NCBI GenBank assembly: GCA_005889445.1
Contig: VBGS01000095.1
Location: 1-58,524 of the forward strand
Direction of reading: 5' to 3'
Source of the DNA: Chloroflexota bacterium
Lineage (GTDB): Bacteria > Chloroflexota > Limnocylindria > P2-11E
DNA: 58,524 bases
Position numbers and translations under genes: made by a program. The stretch's first letter is position 1. Each line of letters opens with the position of its first letter. The notes below the pieces were generated by a model that did no database searches, was not told the DNA's origin, and saw only the letters and a program-made list of their open reading frames with translations. Below are positions 28,418 through 36,626 of the stretch, in pieces.

Positions 28418-29536
28418 ATGCCCACTCGCGTTCCAACGATCACCGACCGTGAGCTGAACCGCGCGCTCCTCGCGCGACAGCTCCTCCTCGAGCGGCGCAA
28501 GGTCGGCATCGTCGACGCGATCGAGCGTCTGGGAGGTCTTCAGGCGCAGTGGGCGCCTTCACCATACGTCGCGCTCTGGAGCCGGCTCGTCGCGTTCGAG
28601 CGCGATCAGCTCACCCGGCCGATCGAGCGCGGCCAGATCGTGAAGGCGACCCTGATGCGCGCGACGCTCCATCTGATATCGGCACGCGAATACCCGGCGT
28701 ACTCGCTCGCCACGATGGAAGGGCGCTTCGGTGCGTGGCGTCCGCCTGGCGGTCCGGCGCTGGACGATCTGAGGGACGTGCACGCCAGCGTCCTGAAGTT
28801 CGCGGCAAAGACGCCGCGGACCCGGGACGAGATCGGTGATCACATCGCGGCGCATCTGCCAAAAAGCGCGGTGAATGACGAGCGCATGCGGAACTGGCTC
28901 CTCTGGGCCGCCATCGCCACGAGCGGCCTGATCTGGGAGGCGGCGGGCGCGCGCTGGGAGCACCGGCAGCTCGCGCGCCACATCGCACCGCCAGCGCGGC
29001 TGCGGCAGTTGCCCCGCCCGGAGGCCGCATACGACCTCGTCGTGCGGCGGCATCTCGGCGCGTTCGGGCCGGCGACCGTCAGCGACATCGCGACGTGGAG
29101 CAGCATCCGCGTCCCTCAGATACGCGCGGCGCTCGGGCGCCTCCGCGGTCTACGGCGCTTCACCGATGAAAGAGGACGCGAGCTCATCGATCTCGCGGCC
29201 GCGCCACGTCCCGACCCTGACACGAACGCCCCGGCGCGCTTCCTGGCGCGCTTTGACGCGGCGATCCTGGGTCACGCCGCACCCGAGCGGACGCGAATCC
29301 TGCCCGACGCCTACCGCAAGGCGGTCATCTTCTCCGCAGAGGTGTTCACCACATTCCTCGCGGACGGCTTCGTCGCCGGTCTCTGGAAGATCTCGGCGAC
29401 GCCCAAGCAGGCGGTGCTCGAGCTGCGTCCGTTCAAAAGACTCCCGCGCGCCGTCCGCACCGCGCTCGTCGAGGAGGGCGAGCAGCTGGTGCGCTTCTAT
29501 TACCCCGAGTCCCGGATCCACGGGGTTCGCGTATGA
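28418..29536 (+). CDS. HTH_42 (DUF1006) winged-helix protein, AlkZ/YcaQ-like putative DNA glycosylase, copy 1
   Basis: ...RELNRALLARQLLLERRKVGIVDAIERLGGLQAQWAPSPYVALWSRL...ATLMRATLHLISA...FLADGFVAGLWKI.... Starts 12 nt after the lexA stop. Confidence 0.7.
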   Translation: MPTRVPTITDRELNRALLARQLLLERRKVGIVDAIERLGGLQAQWAPSPYVALWSRLVAFERDQLTRPIERGQIVKATLMRATLHLISAREYPAYSLATMEGRFGAWRPPGGPALDDLRDVHASVLKFAAKTPRTRDEIGDHIAAHLPKSAVNDERMRNWLLWAAIATSGLIWEAAGARWEHRQLARHIAPPARLRQLPRPEAAYDLVVRRHLGAFGPATVSDIATWSSIRVPQIRAALGRLRGLRRFTDERGRELIDLAAAPRPDPDTNAPARFLARFDAAILGHAAPERTRILPDAYRKAVIFSAEVFTTFLADGFVAGLWKISATPKQAVLELRPFKRLPRAVRTALVEEGEQLVRFYYPESRIHGVRV

Positions 29537-30657
29537 GGGTCGCCGCGGAGAAGGCACTCACGCTCCGCGAGCTCAATCGCGCGATGCTCGCGCGACAGCT
29601 CCTCCTCGAGCGCACAAAGCTGGGCATCGTCGCCGCGATCGAGCGCCTGCCCGCGCTTCAGGCGCAGTGGGCGCCGTCGCCGTACTACGCGCTGTGGGCG
29701 CGACTCGCTCACTTCACGCGGGAGCGTCTTTGGGCTGCGATCGAGAGCCACCGCGTGATCCGCGCGCGGTTGATGCGAGGCACGCTGCACCTGGTGAGCG
29801 CTCGCGATTTCTACGCCTACGCCGTCGCAACGCAGGACCTCCAGCGCGGCGCGTGGAACCGCGTCCAGGTCGCAAAGGGCATCGAGCCCGATGCGGTCGC
29901 GGAGCTCGCGATCGCGTTCGCGCGACACCCGCGCGCGCGCGAGGACGTGATCGCGCACCTTCGCGACCGGCTCGGCGAGGTCTTCAACGAGGACTACCGG
30001 TGGCTGCTCTGGCGTTTCGTCAGCGCGCACGCCGATCTGGTGTCGGCGCCGCCCGGCGGGCACTGGGGATACGGCGGGACCGAGGCGCCGTACGTTGCCG
30101 CGAAGCACTGGATCGCACACGGATCGCGGCCAAACGAGGACGCGGCGCTCGACGTCCTTGTCCGGCGCGCCGTCGCCGCATTCGGTCCGGCGACCCTCGC
30201 CGATGTCGCCAAATTCGCCGGCGCGGTACCGGCCCGGATCCGACCGGCCCTCGACCGTCTCGCGCCACGGCTCGCGCGCTTCCAGGACGAGCAGGGCCGC
30301 ACGCTGTTCGATCTCAAGCGATCGCCTCGACCATCCCCGGACCTGAAGCCACCGATCCGTTTTCTGCCGCGGTACGAGCAGATCCTCATCGCCTATCAGC
30401 ACCGGGATCGCGTCATCGCCCCACGCCATCGCCCGGCGATCTACTCCAAGAACGGAATCATCGAGGCAACGTTCCTCGTGGACGGGTTCGTCGCCGGGAC
30501 ATGGTCGGTGGTCAGGAACAAGAGCGACGCGGTCGTCGCGGTGCACCCGTTCGCACGGCTCGCGCCGGCAGACCGAACGGCGGCGCTCGTTGAGGCCGAG
30601 CGGCTGGCGAGATTCGCTGTGCCCGAGGCCCGCGTCCACGGGGCGAAGGTCGCGTGA
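29533..30657 (+). CDS. HTH_42 (DUF1006) winged-helix protein, AlkZ/YcaQ-like, copy 2
   Basis: ATGA overlap with copy 1. ...RELNRAMLARQLLLERTKLGIVAAIERLPALQAQWAPSPYYALWARL...RLMRGTLHLVSA...FLVDGFVAGTWSV.... Confidence 0.7.
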   Translation: MRVAAEKALTLRELNRAMLARQLLLERTKLGIVAAIERLPALQAQWAPSPYYALWARLAHFTRERLWAAIESHRVIRARLMRGTLHLVSARDFYAYAVATQDLQRGAWNRVQVAKGIEPDAVAELAIAFARHPRAREDVIAHLRDRLGEVFNEDYRWLLWRFVSAHADLVSAPPGGHWGYGGTEAPYVAAKHWIAHGSRPNEDAALDVLVRRAVAAFGPATLADVAKFAGAVPARIRPALDRLAPRLARFQDEQGRTLFDLKRSPRPSPDLKPPIRFLPRYEQILIAYQHRDRVIAPRHRPAIYSKNGIIEATFLVDGFVAGTWSVVRNKSDAVVAVHPFARLAPADRTAALVEAERLARFAVPEARVHGAKVA

Positions 30658-31868
30658 ACGAACCGCGCGCGATCCTGCACTGCGATCTCGATGCGTTCTA
30701 CGCGTCGGTCGAGCAGCGCGACCACCCCGAGTACCGCGGAAGGCCGGTCATCGTCGGCGGCGGCGGACCGGAGGAGCGCGGTGTGGTCATGGCGGCTTCG
30801 TACGAAGCGCGCAGGTTCGGGGTCCGCTCCGCGATGCCGCTGCGGATGGCCGGGCGGCTCTGCCCCGATGCCATCTTCGTTCCCGGCGACCACGAGCAGT
30901 ACGGAAGGGCGTCCGACGACGTGATGGCGCTCTTCGAGGAGCGCACGCCCCTCGTTGAGCCCATCTCTCTCGACGAGGCGTTCCTCGACGTCACCGCCAG
31001 CGTGGAGCTGTTCGGGGGTCCGGAGCAGATCGCGCGTTCGATCAAGGACGACGTACGCGCGCGGTGCGGACTCGTGATCTCGGTCGGCGTCGCGACGAAC
31101 AAGCTCTGCGCGAAGATCGGTTCCGACCTGCGGAAGCCCGACGGGTTGGTCGTCGTGCCGCCCGGGACAGAGGCCGCGTTCCTGGCGCCGCTTCCGCTCG
31201 AGCGCCTGTGGGGCGTCGGCCCGAAGACGCGCGAGGTGCTCGGTCTGTGGGGTCTGCGGACGGTCGGCGAGCTGGCGGTGTTCGACCGAAAGACCCTTGA
31301 AACGCGGCTCGGCGAGCATGGCATCGACATCTGGGAGCGCGCCAACGGGATCGACGACGGGGCCGTGATCGCCAGCGGCGCGCCACCGAAGTCCGTTGGT
31401 CATTCGCATACGTTCGACGAGAACACGCTCGATCCGTCGAAGATCGAGTCAACGCTGCTCCGGCTCGCGGAAGGAGTTGGCCGGCGGTTGCGCGATCACC
31501 GGCTGCTCGGCAGGACCGTCACGCTCACGCTGCGCGTCGCGCCGTTCGAGACGCGGACGCGCCAGCGCACGTTTAGCGAGGCGACCAACGACGACGCGCG
31601 GATCTTTCATGTTGCGCGTCAGCTGCTGCGGGAAGCGCTCGCCGAGGATCGGCAGGGCGGACGCACGAGCCCTGTTCGGTTAGTCGGCGTCTCGCTGTCC
31701 GGACTTGTTGGAGGGGAGCAGCTTGGATTATTCGAGAGCGCCCGTCACAACCGACTCAATGCCGCGTTAGACGCAGTTCGCGCTCGTTTTGGCGATGACG
31801 CGCTCGATCGAGCGAGCGTACGCGAGCGCGCCGAGCGCCGTCGGTTCAGCGGACACAAGTCGAGATGA
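30654..31868 (+). CDS. dinB: DNA polymerase IV (Y-family)
   Basis: GTGA overlap with the preceding gene. ILHCDLDAFYASVEQRD...VGGGGPEERGVVMAASYEARRFGVRSAMP...SLDEAFLDVT.... Confidence 0.9.
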   Translation: MNEPRAILHCDLDAFYASVEQRDHPEYRGRPVIVGGGGPEERGVVMAASYEARRFGVRSAMPLRMAGRLCPDAIFVPGDHEQYGRASDDVMALFEERTPLVEPISLDEAFLDVTASVELFGGPEQIARSIKDDVRARCGLVISVGVATNKLCAKIGSDLRKPDGLVVVPPGTEAAFLAPLPLERLWGVGPKTREVLGLWGLRTVGELAVFDRKTLETRLGEHGIDIWERANGIDDGAVIASGAPPKSVGHSHTFDENTLDPSKIESTLLRLAEGVGRRLRDHRLLGRTVTLTLRVAPFETRTRQRTFSEATNDDARIFHVARQLLREALAEDRQGGRTSPVRLVGVSLSGLVGGEQLGLFESARHNRLNAALDAVRARFGDDALDRASVRERAERRRFSGHKSR

Positions 31869-31907
31869 GCGTCAATGAATCCTGTGGGATTTCGGCGCGG
31901 ATCGACA

Positions 31908-31959
31908 TGTGGAGAACTCTGTGGAGAACTTCGTGGACAGATCGTCTTGTGGTGGACGC
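31908..31959 (+). repeat. phased direct repeats with a DnaA-box-like GTGGA core
   Basis: TGTGGAGAA (31908-16), TGTGGAGAA (31920-28), CGTGGACAG (31932-40), GGTGGACGC (31951-59). All share one orientation, and the first three are 12 bp apart. Confidence 0.5.
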
Positions 31960-31970
31960 ACCGCGTGTCG

Positions 31971-32282
31971 ATGATGCCCCGGTCCAACAGCGCGAAGGGG
32001 AAGGAAGGGGTGCCCGACGAAAGGATCGCCCAAGTGGCGATCGACTTCATCTCGTTCTGCTTCTCTCGGCGCGAGGTGGAATGGCCTCTCCTCTACGACG
32101 AGATGTGCCGCGTGGCGTCGAACAAGCTGTACCGAGGTCTTGGCTACGAAGAGCTGCGTGAAGCGGGGCTCGATCTGACGCTCGGCGGTCTCGTGCGAAC
32201 GAGCCGCATCGCGAACGAGGTCACGCGCGAGATACGGCAGGGCAATCGAGAGCTGCGCGAGGGCCTCTTGGCGGCGAGCTAG
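31971..32282 (+). CDS. hypothetical protein (103 aa), no recognisable family
   Basis: MMPRSNSAKGKEGVPDERIAQVAIDFISFCFSRREVEWPLLYDEMCRV.... The composition looks less GC-rich than the flanks. The track start at 31875 would translate the repeat array, so I prefer the ATG-ATG at 31971. Confidence 0.35.
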   Translation: MMPRSNSAKGKEGVPDERIAQVAIDFISFCFSRREVEWPLLYDEMCRVASNKLYRGLGYEELREAGLDLTLGGLVRTSRIANEVTREIRQGNRELREGLLAAS

Positions 32283-32414
32283 CGACATTGGCCACACCGG
32301 CGGGGCGGCGAGTGAAAGGAAGCGCACTCGCCGCCTCTTTTCTTGTCTGAGACACGCTCTGGCACAATGGTCTGACGCGAGGGGAGAACGCGAAAAATGC
32401 GGCTCTTTTCGCTC

Positions 32415-32488
32415 GGTCCCGTGGTGCAGCGGCCTAGCATACGTCCCTGTCAAGGACGAGATCGCCGGTTCGAATCCGGTCGGGACCG
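32415..32488 (+). tRNA. tRNA-Asp (GTC)
   Basis: Hand-folded cloverleaf. Acceptor GGTCCCG/CGGGACC, D stem GTGC/GCAT, anticodon stem CGTCC/GGACG with loop CTGTCAA, T arm GCCGG-TTCGAAT-CCGGT, discriminator G. CCA is not encoded. Confidence 0.85.
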
Positions 32489-32493
32489 CCGGT

Positions 32494-34435
32494 TCAGCTG
32501 ACCCGCTGAATCTCGCCAAGCCAGACGCGCAGACGTTCGCCCATCGCCGTGGCGCCGACGATCGGCTCTTCAAACCGCCAGTCCGTGGGATGGAGCACGA
32601 ACGCGTGGCTCTGCCATCCACCGAGACCGCCGTGCGATCCGAGCTGCTCCTCGAACGGGGCGACCTCGCCGGACGCGTCGTCGAACATGCTGATCAGGAC
32701 GAGATCGCCGCAGTTCGGCATCGCGTCGATGCGGCGAAGCCCTTCCAGTCCGTGCGGTCCGAACGCGGCGATCGGGTCGGTCCCGATGACGAGATCGTTG
32801 GCGAGGCGATAGACGCCGCGTCCGCCAAGCACGAGCGTCCCCTCGTCGCGCGAGTGGACCATGACCAGACCGATGCCGGGATGTTTCATCAGGCCGTCTA
32901 TGAGTCCAGGGAATCGCTCGTCGATCGTCTCTCTATCGACGCGGCCCGCGAGCCGCGGCATCGAGATGTGTGCGAGGTTGCCCGTGGCAGCCACGACGAG
33001 ATGGGGCAGCTCCTTCTCATCGCGCGGCCCAGCGCGCGAATCCGGCGGACCGCGAAGGATCCGGCGGCCGGCGGTCGCAAGGATCGGTGACGCCTCGGCG
33101 TCGAGTGCCCCGAGCCGACCCAGATGCTCGGCGAGGGCGGTCTCGCCGCGCACCGTCGCATCACCGCTGAGCTCGTCCACGAGCTGCTCGAGGGTCTTGC
33201 CGAAGCGGCGGCGGAACGTGGTCCCGGGACTCTGGCCGTGGTCGGAAAGCACGACGAACCGATAGCGGCGCGGAGAGTCGGCCGCCGCCTTCTCGAGCAC
33301 CGCGATGATCCGATCGGTACATCTCCTCGATGACGAGGGCGGTGGTGAGGTGCCGCAGGAGCACGTTGGTCGCGGCGCGCGCGAACGGATACGGGAACGC
33401 GCGCGGTCCGCGGAACGGGCCACTTCTTGCGCGTGCCGCTTGCACGATCTCCTTGGCGATCTCGCCGACCGAGAGCACGATCCACCGCAGGTAGCTGTAC
33501 GGACTCAGGAACCACCAGTCGAGCACGTGGCTGCGGCGAAGCTCGCGTGCCGGATCATCGATCGTCGCCGCGGTGAGGTAGCTGCGGCTCGCGTCGCCCG
33601 AGAGCAGGTTGCCCACCGACGCTCCGCCGCCGGTGAGCAGGCCGGTGCCGTCGGAAACCCGTTTCTCGATCTCGCGCGCGTCCGCGGGATGGTTGGACAC
33701 CAGAAGCCGCTGGGTCTCCTTCTCCCACCAGCGGAAACCGGGGATGCCGTCGTTCCGACGGTGAAGCAGGCCCGCCTGGCTCGCCGAGGTCTGCGTCGGC
33801 AGAAGCGGCTGCCACTCGTCGAGGGTCATTCCGCCACTGATCCAGCGCGCGAGCGTCGGCATACGGCCCGCCAGGAGCTCGCGGCGCAGGACCGGAGCGG
33901 AGAGGCCGTCGATCTGGACGACGACGGCACCCTGCCCCGCGCTGCCCGGAGCGAAGGGGTGGCGCACCGCGAGCTGGCGGCACAGCGTTCCGAAGAACGA
34001 GTCGTCGTCGCCGATCGAAAGTCCGGCGGCGAGCAACGCATCGATGAGCGAGTACACCAGTGACGCGAGCGCGGCGGACCAGAGCCCATCGATCTGAAAA
34101 CCTCCGGGCAGGCGGGAGAGAAGGGCGAATCCGGCTGTCTGGAGCACGAGCGTCGCGATCCCGACGAAGATCACCGAAAACCCAGACAGGAGCCCGATCA
34201 GCACCGGTCGTGCGAGGGCGGACAGCGCTCCGAGCACCAGCGCCGCGACGATGACCGACCCCGGCTCGCGGACCCTGATCCCCGGTATCGCCCACACGGT
34301 CACGCCGAGGGCGATCGCCGACACCGCGAAGATCTCGAGGATCCTGCGCGCGATCGCGGCCCGGCTCCCGCTCCAGCGACGAAGGAGGTGGAACTGGGTC
34401 GCGTAGAAGCTGCGGACGCGGCGGAGCGCGCTCAT
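32494..34435 (-). pseudogene. membrane-anchored alkaline-phosphatase/NPP-superfamily phosphodiesterase, frameshifted
   Basis: The N-terminal part (track ORF 33161-34435) has TM helices, VVVQIDGLS and PTQTSASQ. The C-terminal part (32494-33423) has RYRFVVLSDHGQS...GSHGG and sits in another frame. The frames join at ~33309-33320 (EEMY / DRIIAVLEK). Confidence 0.65.
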
Positions 34436-34476
34436 CGGTGAGCGTCAGCGGCACGCCGCTCTCGTACGCTGCGAGC

Positions 34477-35256
34477 ATGAACAGGGGGCCGTCGATCCGG
34501 TTCCTCGGGCACTCCACGGTGCTCATCGACGTCGACGGAGTCCGCATCCTCACCGATCCCGTGCTCGTCGATCGGATCGGGCCGCTGCATCGGCACACCG
34601 GTGACCTGCGCGAGGCGATCGCGGACCTCGGCATCGACGCGGTCCTTGTCTCGCACGGACATCACGACCACCTTCATCTGCCATCGCTCGGGCGACTGGC
34701 CGGGCGCCCGAAGATCGTCGCGCCGACAGGACTCGGCACGATGCTCTCTCGACGAGGCCATGACGTGGTCGAGATCGGTCCGGGTGACACGCTCCGGATC
34801 GGACCGGTCCTGATCGAGGCGATAACGGCCGTTCATCATGGCGGTCGCCGTCCGCTCGGGCCGTCCGCGACCGCCGTCGGATTCTGCGTGCGCGGATCGA
34901 CGTCGGTGTACTTCGCTGGCGATACCGACCTCTTCCCCGAGATGGACGATCTGGCAGGGACCGTCGACGTCGCGCTCCTTCCGGTGTGGGGCTGGGGACC
35001 GCGGCTCGGCGGAGGGCATCTCGATCCGGCCCGCGCGGCGGAGGCTGTCGCGCGGATCCGCCCGCGCATCGCAATCCCGATCCACTGGGGCACGTTCTAC
35101 CCGTTCGGACTGGCGCGCCTCTGGAGGCGTCCGCTCGCGGAACCGCCACTCCGCTTCGCGGAGGAGGTCGCTCGTCGGGCCCCCGGCACGGAGGTGCGCA
35201 TCCTGGCGCCCGGCAGCCCCGCGATCGATATCGGTCGCCGCGGCTCGACGGCCTAA
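34477..35256 (+). CDS. MBL-fold metallo-hydrolase
   Basis: MNRGPSIRFLGHSTVLIDVDGVRILTDP...VLVSHGHHDHLH...YFAGDTD.... The track start GTG 34438 is only 2 nt from the divergent gene start, so I prefer ATG 34477. Confidence 0.75.
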   Translation: MNRGPSIRFLGHSTVLIDVDGVRILTDPVLVDRIGPLHRHTGDLREAIADLGIDAVLVSHGHHDHLHLPSLGRLAGRPKIVAPTGLGTMLSRRGHDVVEIGPGDTLRIGPVLIEAITAVHHGGRRPLGPSATAVGFCVRGSTSVYFAGDTDLFPEMDDLAGTVDVALLPVWGWGPRLGGGHLDPARAAEAVARIRPRIAIPIHWGTFYPFGLARLWRRPLAEPPLRFAEEVARRAPGTEVRILAPGSPAIDIGRRGSTA

Positions 35257-35675
35257 GCGACCTGGCGTTTCAGCAGATCGAGGATCTCGTTCTGACCTTC
35301 CAGGATCTGAAGCTGCTGCTGCGCCATCGTGTGGAGCGCGGTCAGCGTTTCGTGATCGGCCTCAGCGCGGGCGTCCTGGGCCGCCGAGATCACGTTCTGA
35401 CCGACGATGATGATCGGCAGCAGAACGAGCTGCAAGAAATTCGAGGATAGCCAGTTCACGAGTACGGTCGGGGATCCCTGCTCGATCGCCGCGGGCAGCG
35501 CGACCAAGGCGACGAGCGTGAATACGTACGCGCAGTACATCGTCCCGACGATCCTCGTGATACGGACGGCAACGGCGGCATTGAACCGGCCGACCGCGCT
35601 CGCACCGTGCACCTTGGCGAGGACGTGCGCGGTCTGGACCAGCCTCGGCTGATGTGCATTCGCGCTCTGGGCCAC
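35253..35675 (-). CDS. small integral membrane protein with C-terminal coiled-coil (DUF1003-like)
   Basis: GTG 35675 lies 7 nt after a strong AAGGAGG RBS. Two hydrophobic helices (MYCAYVFTLVALVALPAAI, FLQLVLLPIIIVGQN), then ...ARAEADHETLTALHTMAQQQLQILEGQNEI.... Confidence 0.6.
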   Translation of the reverse strand: MAQSANAHQPRLVQTAHVLAKVHGASAVGRFNAAVAVRITRIVGTMYCAYVFTLVALVALPAAIEQGSPTVLVNWLSSNFLQLVLLPIIIVGQNVISAAQDARAEADHETLTALHTMAQQQLQILEGQNEILDLLKRQVA

Positions 35676-35712
35676 GTGATTACCTCCTTCAGGGCTTCGA
35701 ATTGTTTGTGCC

Positions 35713-35895
35713 GTGGGAATCATCGAGCCCAGGTGCCTCGTCCTCATCATCCTCGTCGCGTTGATCGCCCTCGGCCCCGGCAAGATCGGCGAAGTCGGGG
35801 GAGCAATGCCGCCACGTGTCGGCGAATCGCACACGACCGAGCCAGGCGCGTGGCGACGCTATCCGAACTCCCTCCGCCGGGTGAGGCCGCCCTGA
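35713..35895 (+). CDS. TatA/TatE-like small membrane protein with atypical C-terminus
   Basis: VGIIEPRCLVLIILVALIALGPGKIGEVGGAM resembles the TatA TM helix plus the G-P-x-K hinge. The expected amphipathic helix is not recognisable, and there is no clear RBS. Confidence 0.3.
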   Translation: MGIIEPRCLVLIILVALIALGPGKIGEVGGAMPPRVGESHTTEPGAWRRYPNSLRRVRPP

Positions 35896-35956
35896 GCGAC
35901 TCGTGACTTCATTAGCTCCGGCCCACCGTGGCATCAGGGACTGGAGGACAAGACGT

Positions 35957-36109
35957 ATGAAGCTCTTTTGGAGCGACGAGGAAGGTCAGGGACTCGTTGA
36001 GTACGCCCTGATCATCGCGGTCATCGCGATCGCCGTGATCGTCGCGATGGCGTTCCTGCGCGATCAGATCTCGAACATCTTCAGCAACATCGGCAACAAC
36101 CTCACCTAG
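35957..36109 (+). CDS. Flp/Fap-family type IVb pilin
   Basis: GGAGGA RBS 8 nt upstream. MKLFWSDEEGQGLVEYALIIAVIAIAVIVAMAFL..., with the G/xxxxEY Flp motif. 50 aa. Confidence 0.8.
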   Translation: MKLFWSDEEGQGLVEYALIIAVIAIAVIVAMAFLRDQISNIFSNIGNNLT

Positions 36110-36129
36110 CGTCCGCGAGTCATCTCCCA

Positions 36130-36164
36130 CCAGGAGCGGCGCGCGGTGGGCGCGCCGCTCCTGG
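36130..36164 (+). terminator. perfect 15-bp GC-rich hairpin after the pilin gene (terminator or stabiliser)
   Basis: CCAGGAGCGGCGCGC, loop ggtgg, GCGCGCCGCTCCTGG. It starts 21 nt after the flp stop. No T-tract follows. Confidence 0.45.
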
Positions 36165-36199
36165 GATGCACCGATCCCTCTCCGCAATAGACTGCCGCC

Positions 36200-36568
36200 G
36201 TGAGCCCGCGTCTCGCCCTGATCCTCGGCGCGATCGGCGCCTTCGCTGTAGGGCTCGCGCTCACGGTCACGCCGAGCGCGATGCTCGGCGGCTTCGGGCT
36301 CAAGACACCCGAGGAAGCGATCGTGCTGGCCCGAGATGAAGGCGTGACGCTCATTGGGCTCGGTCTGATCAACTGGATGGGCCAGCGCGCGACGGGCGCC
36401 CCGCTCCGAGCCATCCTCGCCGGCAATCTCGCGGTCCAGGCGCTGGAGATCCTCGTGAACGGCTACGAGCTCGTCGCCGGGACGCTTCCTCTCCAAGCCG
36501 CACCGGGTCTTCTCATCCACATCGTGTTCGGCGCGATCTTCGTCCTGGCGATGACCCGCGCCCGCTGA
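36200..36568 (+). CDS. four-helix membrane protein, unknown function
   Basis: 122 aa, hydrophobic throughout (LALILGAIGAFAVGLAL..., LIGLGLINW..., LLIHIVFGAIFVLAM). Confidence 0.5.
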   Translation: MSPRLALILGAIGAFAVGLALTVTPSAMLGGFGLKTPEEAIVLARDEGVTLIGLGLINWMGQRATGAPLRAILAGNLAVQALEILVNGYELVAGTLPLQAAPGLLIHIVFGAIFVLAMTRAR

Positions 36569-36626
36569 GCGGCCTCGCTCGCTCGCTGATACATCGCATC
36601 GCACGCGCCCACGTCTAATCGGCGAT

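Noticed and set aside
31875-31970. N-terminal 32 codons of the track ORF 31875-32282 (MNPVGFRRGSTCGELCGELRG...)
   Set aside because: These codons are simply the translation of the GTGGAGAAC direct-repeat array. I interpret the region as a DNA-level repeat, with the ORF, if real, starting at 31971.
32390-32412. GCGAAAA-N9-TTTTCGC inverted repeat just before tRNA-Asp
   Set aside because: The stem is a weak, AT-rich 7 bp that overlaps the likely tRNA 5' leader. It is insufficient to call a terminator or processing signal.
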